DNA from: an uncultured Alphaproteobacteria bacterium
GTDB taxonomy: Bacteria; Pseudomonadota; Alphaproteobacteria; Rs-D84
Direction: 5' to 3'
NCBI GenBank assembly: GCA_944389385.1
Contig: CALXMC010000001.1
Coordinates: 189,303 to 253,302 of the forward strand
Length of the DNA stretch: 64,000 nucleotides
Shown here: one piece after another, positions 59,733-64,000 of the stretch
How the letters are laid out: each line of letters opens with the position of its first letter
Position numbering within the stretch: the stretch's first letter is position 1
Notes under the pieces: model-generated
Told to the model about the DNA's origin: nothing
The model's input: the letters and a program-made list of their open reading frames with translations, nothing else
The model's database searches: none
Position numbers and translations under genes: made by a program

Positions 59733-62273
59733 GTGGCGGAAAAAAGTAAATTAACCCCAGTTATGCAACAATACGTCGACATGCGGGCTGAAAATCCCGA
59801 CGCATTGTTGATGTTTCGTTTGGGCGATTTTTACGAGGCTTTCTTTGAAGATGCCAAAACAATCAGCGCGGCATTGGGGTTGGTTTTAACCCAACGTGGC
59901 ACGGATGGTGATGGTGAAAATATTCCTATGTGTGGGATTCCGTGGCATGCGGCGGATAATTATTTTGGCCGTTTGGTGCGTGCGGGTTATCGTGTTGCAT
60001 TGGTTGAACAAATGGAAACGCCCGCCCAGGCCAAGGCACGTGGTCACAAATTTATCGACAGACGTGTTGTTCGTGTTTTAACCCCCGGCACATTGACGGA
60101 TGAAAATTTATTAACGCCGAAAAATTCTAATTTTTTAATTGCGATTGTCCCGGTTGAAAAAAATCAGTTTGAAATCGCAGGTTGCGACATTTCAACGGGC
60201 GAGTTTTTTGTGGGGCGCACATCGGACATAATCGACGATATGGTGCGTATTTGCCCGGCCGAGGTTATTTACCCCGCCGCAACGGCTGAAAATGAAATCG
60301 TGATGCAGTTGCGCGATATGTTCAAAACAACGCCGGTGTATGAAAAACTGTATATGCGCGCGGACATAGAAAAAATCGTAACGTCTGTATTTGCGGGTGC
60401 GGTTGCGCCAAATGATGTAACGACTTCGAATTACGACAGCGCGATTAAATTATTGGCTGGATATTTGTTTAATACACAACGTGGCGCGGCGATAACTTTT
60501 CGTGCGCCGTATTTGTATAAATCAGGCCGCCAATTGTTAATAGATTCTGCAACATGGAAAAGTTTGGAAATAGACGCGCCAATTAACGACGGTGGTGTGT
60601 GCCTGGTGGATGTTTTGGATAATACGAAAACGGCGGCCGGTGCGCGAAAATTACGTGCGTTCTTGCGTACTTTATCCGCAGACACAAACGAAATTCGTTG
60701 CCGGCAAACTCATATTGGGCATTTGGTGTTAAATAACGATGTTCGCGCGGCTGTGGCGGATATGTTGTCGGTTGTGCCGGATGTGGGGCGCAGTTTATCG
60801 CGCCTGTTGTCGGGACGTGGCACGCCGCGTGATATGCGTCATATAACGGATTTTTTGATTGAATTACCAAATGCGAAAATCCAGGCCACACGTTTGGATG
60901 CCGAACTGGCGGCGCAATTTGAAGATATAAACACTCATGGCGATTTGGCGACCGAGTTAAATTCTGCATTAAACGATGAATTGCCCACGTTTTTCCGTGA
61001 TGGTGGTGTAATTCGCACGGGCTTTGATGCGGGGTTGGACAATATGCGCAAATTGGCGCACGGCGCCCAAGAAACAATCGCAGGCATGCAGTCTGAATAT
61101 GCCACGGCAACCGGCGTTCATAATCTGAAAATAAAATATAATAACATTCTGGGCTATTTTATCGAGGTTCCATCCGCCCGCGCAGATGCACTGATGGCGC
61201 CCGAGTCAGGATTTATTCATCGTCAAACAATGGCGGGCAATATGCGTTTTACCACAGCGCGGTTAATCGATTTGGATAACGATGTTCGCGCATCCGCAGA
61301 AAAATCCGCCGCTATCGAGGCTGAAATTATATCGCGTTTAATCGAGAAAATTCGTGCAGTTGCGGATGATATCTTACAGATTGCGGAATTATTGGCTGAA
61401 TTGGACGTATGGTATGCTTTGGCGGACGTGGCCGATAAGTATTCTTGGGTGCGCCCAAATGTCTCAGACGACACGGCATTCGATGTGGCGGGTGGCCGTC
61501 ACCCGGTCATAGATTATGTCCTGCGTGCCCGCGGCGACAGTTTTGTTAAAAACGATTGTAACCTGAATGCGAAATCAGTCGCTTTATTAACGGGGCCGAA
61601 TATGGCGGGTAAATCGACATATTTGCGTCAAAACGCGCTGTTGGTGGTGTTGGCCCAGTTGGGGTCGTTTGTGCCGGCTGTGTCCGCGACAATTGGCGTA
61701 TGCGACCAGTTATTCAGCCGGGTTGGTGCGTCTGATAATTTGGCGGCGGGGCAATCGACATTTATGGTTGAAATGACCGAGACCGCAAACATATTAAATC
61801 GCGCCACAAAGCAGTCTTTTATAATTTTCGATGAAATCGGTCGCGGCACATCAACATACGATGGTATGGCCATCGCCCAGGCTGTATTGGAATACGTCGA
61901 TGCGTTGCACGCGCGCACATTATTCGCGACGCATTACCATGAATTAACCGCACTGGTTGGGGAAAACGCGGGTCAGTTACAGAATGTAACATGTTTAACA
62001 ATTGACGTGCGCGAACATAACAATGAAATCATATTTATGCACAAAATAATCGCAGGCGTTGCCAATCGTTCGTATGGAATTGGGGTGGCAAAGATGGCGG
62101 GCATGCCGGCGTCTGTTGTGGCACGGGCGGAAACTGTATTGGCTGAGTTGGAATCGCGTGGCGCGCCAATGCAATCATCGCAGAATACGCCGCCACAAAA
62201 CACGCCAACATCGCAACAGGCGCGCGTCCAGCAGCCTAAATCGAACAAGGTTCAATTAAATTTGTTTGGATGA
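59733..62273 (+). CDS. mutS: DNA mismatch repair protein MutS
   Basis: 846 aa; N-terminal mismatch-binding domain (…GDFYEAFFEDA…), Walker A TGPNMAGKST, C-terminal HTH. Confidence 0.93.
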   Translation: MAEKSKLTPVMQQYVDMRAENPDALLMFRLGDFYEAFFEDAKTISAALGLVLTQRGTDGDGENIPMCGIPWHAADNYFGRLVRAGYRVALVEQMETPAQAKARGHKFIDRRVVRVLTPGTLTDENLLTPKNSNFLIAIVPVEKNQFEIAGCDISTGEFFVGRTSDIIDDMVRICPAEVIYPAATAENEIVMQLRDMFKTTPVYEKLYMRADIEKIVTSVFAGAVAPNDVTTSNYDSAIKLLAGYLFNTQRGAAITFRAPYLYKSGRQLLIDSATWKSLEIDAPINDGGVCLVDVLDNTKTAAGARKLRAFLRTLSADTNEIRCRQTHIGHLVLNNDVRAAVADMLSVVPDVGRSLSRLLSGRGTPRDMRHITDFLIELPNAKIQATRLDAELAAQFEDINTHGDLATELNSALNDELPTFFRDGGVIRTGFDAGLDNMRKLAHGAQETIAGMQSEYATATGVHNLKIKYNNILGYFIEVPSARADALMAPESGFIHRQTMAGNMRFTTARLIDLDNDVRASAEKSAAIEAEIISRLIEKIRAVADDILQIAELLAELDVWYALADVADKYSWVRPNVSDDTAFDVAGGRHPVIDYVLRARGDSFVKNDCNLNAKSVALLTGPNMAGKSTYLRQNALLVVLAQLGSFVPAVSATIGVCDQLFSRVGASDNLAAGQSTFMVEMTETANILNRATKQSFIIFDEIGRGTSTYDGMAIAQAVLEYVDALHARTLFATHYHELTALVGENAGQLQNVTCLTIDVREHNNEIIFMHKIIAGVANRSYGIGVAKMAGMPASVVARAETVLAELESRGAPMQSSQNTPPQNTPTSQQARVQQPKSNKVQLNLFG

Positions 62274-62292
62274 AATATAAAAAGGGGTAAAA

Positions 62293-62796
62293 ATGAAAAA
62301 TTCTTTACATCCAATGTTTGTTTTTAATACGCCGTGGCGCAGCAGTTTTTATGACAGTTATCATGAATGCCACAATGCCAAAGATTTGAAAAAATATTTA
62401 TCCCGATATGATTTTTCTGCGCCGTCTGTAATTCATGGTTACAGCGGCGTTTTACCAGAATTTCGTTTGGGAACCAAATATGATTTCACAATTAACGGAT
62501 ACGATTTCAAATCAGGGGTTAAATGGGGCCCCAGATTTTTATTTGCGCGCGATATACGATTTGATGGCAAGCGAATATTTATTAACGTGCCGATGGATGC
62601 GTCTGTGTCTGATGCTGATGGTGTTGATGTTCCGCGTGTTTGGCAATGGATGCCATTTCATCATGGTATGGCTGATGCGGTCATAGATTTATATAATTTG
62701 CGGCAATTATGGCCAAAATGTGAAGAATCGCGTTCTGAATTAAACAAATTTTTATCACGTATGTCGCGTGAAAGATTATCTGTACGGGTGCGGTAA
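62293..62796 (+). CDS. Hypothetical protein (167 aa) in the position usually occupied by rbfA
   Basis: Good SD (AAAAGGGGTAAAAATG); tightly packed between mutS and truB, its stop overlaps the truB start; no recognisable family. Confidence 0.55.
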   Translation: MKNSLHPMFVFNTPWRSSFYDSYHECHNAKDLKKYLSRYDFSAPSVIHGYSGVLPEFRLGTKYDFTINGYDFKSGVKWGPRFLFARDIRFDGKRIFINVPMDASVSDADGVDVPRVWQWMPFHHGMADAVIDLYNLRQLWPKCEESRSELNKFLSRMSRERLSVRVR

Positions 62797-63674
62797 TGAT
62801 GCACGACGGATGGATTATTTTGGACAAGCCGTCTGGGATGTTTTCACGCCGCGCGGCGGGGATAGTGGCGCGTATGTTTGGTGCGCGTACGTTTGGGCAC
62901 ATTGGTACATTGGATGAAATGGCGTCTGGGGTGCTGCCTGTTGCGCTGGGGAATGCGACCAAGATGATTCCATTTGTCGAAGAAATTCGTCCCACAATCA
63001 AAGAATATACTTTTTCATTAAAATTCGGATTTGAAACAGATACTTTGGATGCGTATGGTCGCACTTTGGTGCGTTCAGACGTTATTCCATCGCGCGATGT
63101 GGTTACGGGTATATTACCGACCCTGACGGGCGATGTCATGCAAACACCGCCCGCGTACAGTGCCGTGCATATTGACGGCCACCGTGCATACGACGTGGCG
63201 CGACGGGGCGGGGCTGTGGAATTGCCGGCGCGATGTGTGCATATTGAAACGTTGGAATTATTGGATACGCATGGCGATGAATGGACTTTTCGCACACGTT
63301 GCGGGCGCGGCACATACGTTCGCGCAATCGCACGTGATATTGCAAAAAAGTGTAATTCTGTTGCCACTGTCACCATGATTCGCCGCACAGAAAGCATTGG
63401 TTTTACAATAAAAGACGCTGTAAAACTTGATTTTTTGGAAAAACTGGTTAATAATGGTGGGGATTTTGGGGAATACCTGAAATCGGTTGATTTTGGACTG
63501 GGGGACATTCCGGTTCAGAATCTGGACGGTAAATCGGCCGAATTGTATAAAAACGGCGGGTTTATCGTGACATCGGGTGCGGACGGATTGCGTCGCGTAT
63601 ATTGCGGTTCTGAATTTATCGGAATTGGATACGTTGCGTCCAACACACTGCGCCCAAAACGAACAATTAAATAA
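62796..63674 (+). CDS. truB: tRNA pseudouridine(55) synthase TruB
   Basis: …ILDKPSGM…GHIGTLDEMASGVLPV… catalytic Asp motif; 292 aa. Confidence 0.9.
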   Translation: MMHDGWIILDKPSGMFSRRAAGIVARMFGARTFGHIGTLDEMASGVLPVALGNATKMIPFVEEIRPTIKEYTFSLKFGFETDTLDAYGRTLVRSDVIPSRDVVTGILPTLTGDVMQTPPAYSAVHIDGHRAYDVARRGGAVELPARCVHIETLELLDTHGDEWTFRTRCGRGTYVRAIARDIAKKCNSVATVTMIRRTESIGFTIKDAVKLDFLEKLVNNGGDFGEYLKSVDFGLGDIPVQNLDGKSAELYKNGGFIVTSGADGLRRVYCGSEFIGIGYVASNTLRPKRTIK

Positions 63675-63686
63675 AGGAAAATAACA

Positions 63687-63959
63687 ATGTCCATTACAAA
63701 AGAAAAGAAAAGCGAAATAATCAAAGCGTACAAAACAACCGATCAGGATAACGGCGGTTCTGCTGCGTCCCAGGTTGCGGTTTTAACTGAACGCATTCGC
63801 AATTTGACCGAACACATGAAAAATAATCACAAAGATTTGCATTCGCGTCGCGGTCTGACCCAGATGGTAAATCGTCGCAAGAAATTGTTGGCGTACATCA
63901 AACGTCGCAATGTGACCGAATACGAAGAACTGATTAAAAAACTCGGTCTGCGTAAATAA
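63687..63959 (+). CDS. rpsO: 30S ribosomal protein S15
   Basis: [57 protein letters not shown]…; 90 aa. Confidence 0.93.
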   Translation: MSITKEKKSEIIKAYKTTDQDNGGSAASQVAVLTERIRNLTEHMKNNHKDLHSRRGLTQMVNRRKKLLAYIKRRNVTEYEELIKKLGLRK

Positions 63960-63986
63960 AAATCGCCCGTATGGGCGATTTTTTAT
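63958..63986 (+). terminator. Intrinsic terminator after rpsO
   Basis: AAAATCGCCCGTATGGGCGATTTTTT. Confidence 0.7.
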
Positions 63987-64000
63987 GACTATTTTTTCAC

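Overview
This 64 kb window is a densely packed, moderately AT-rich bacterial chromosome segment. By protein resemblance (L20, SspB-like, family-4 UDG, LptD, type-2 IleS) it looks alphaproteobacterial or endosymbiont-like. It is dominated by housekeeping genes: topA (partial), rodA-mrdA-mreD-mreC, rpmI-rplT-pheS-pheT, nth, ileS, mnmG, fabG-fabD, queH, metG, accC-accB, yidD-rnpA, mreB, a MacAB/TolC-type efflux operon, recF, sspB-like, gpsA, rsmG-parA-parB, pal, UDG-4, infC (AUU start), pnp, ybaB, rlmN, surA-like, lptD, lptF/G, nusA-infB, der, yfgM-like/bamB-like, rpoH, xseB, mutS, truB and rpsO. There are four tRNA genes: Thr-CGT, Val-GAC, Cys-GCA and Val-TAC. Non-genic structure is unusually rich. 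A near-identical palindromic hairpin AACACCGGCAAATGCCGGTGTT recurs at about nine intergenic sites as a bidirectional terminator. A roughly 190-nt multi-hairpin element occurs twice, each time downstream of a tRNA and directly upstream of an envelope gene. The tRNA-Val(GAC) locus carries a partial tRNA copy, direct repeats, a MITE-like element with 15-bp inverted termini and a small GIY-YIG nuclease gene. The 3' ends of tRNA-Cys and tRNA-Val(TAC) are tandemly duplicated. A lone T7-type tail-fibre gene plus a Yip1-like membrane protein sit inside the yfgM-bamB-der cluster, apparently truncating the bamB-like gene. Conserved operons (infC-rpmI-rplT, rpsO-pnp, nusA-infB-rbfA-truB, mreBCD) are broken up, which points to extensive rearrangement. 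No CRISPR arrays or rRNA genes were found.
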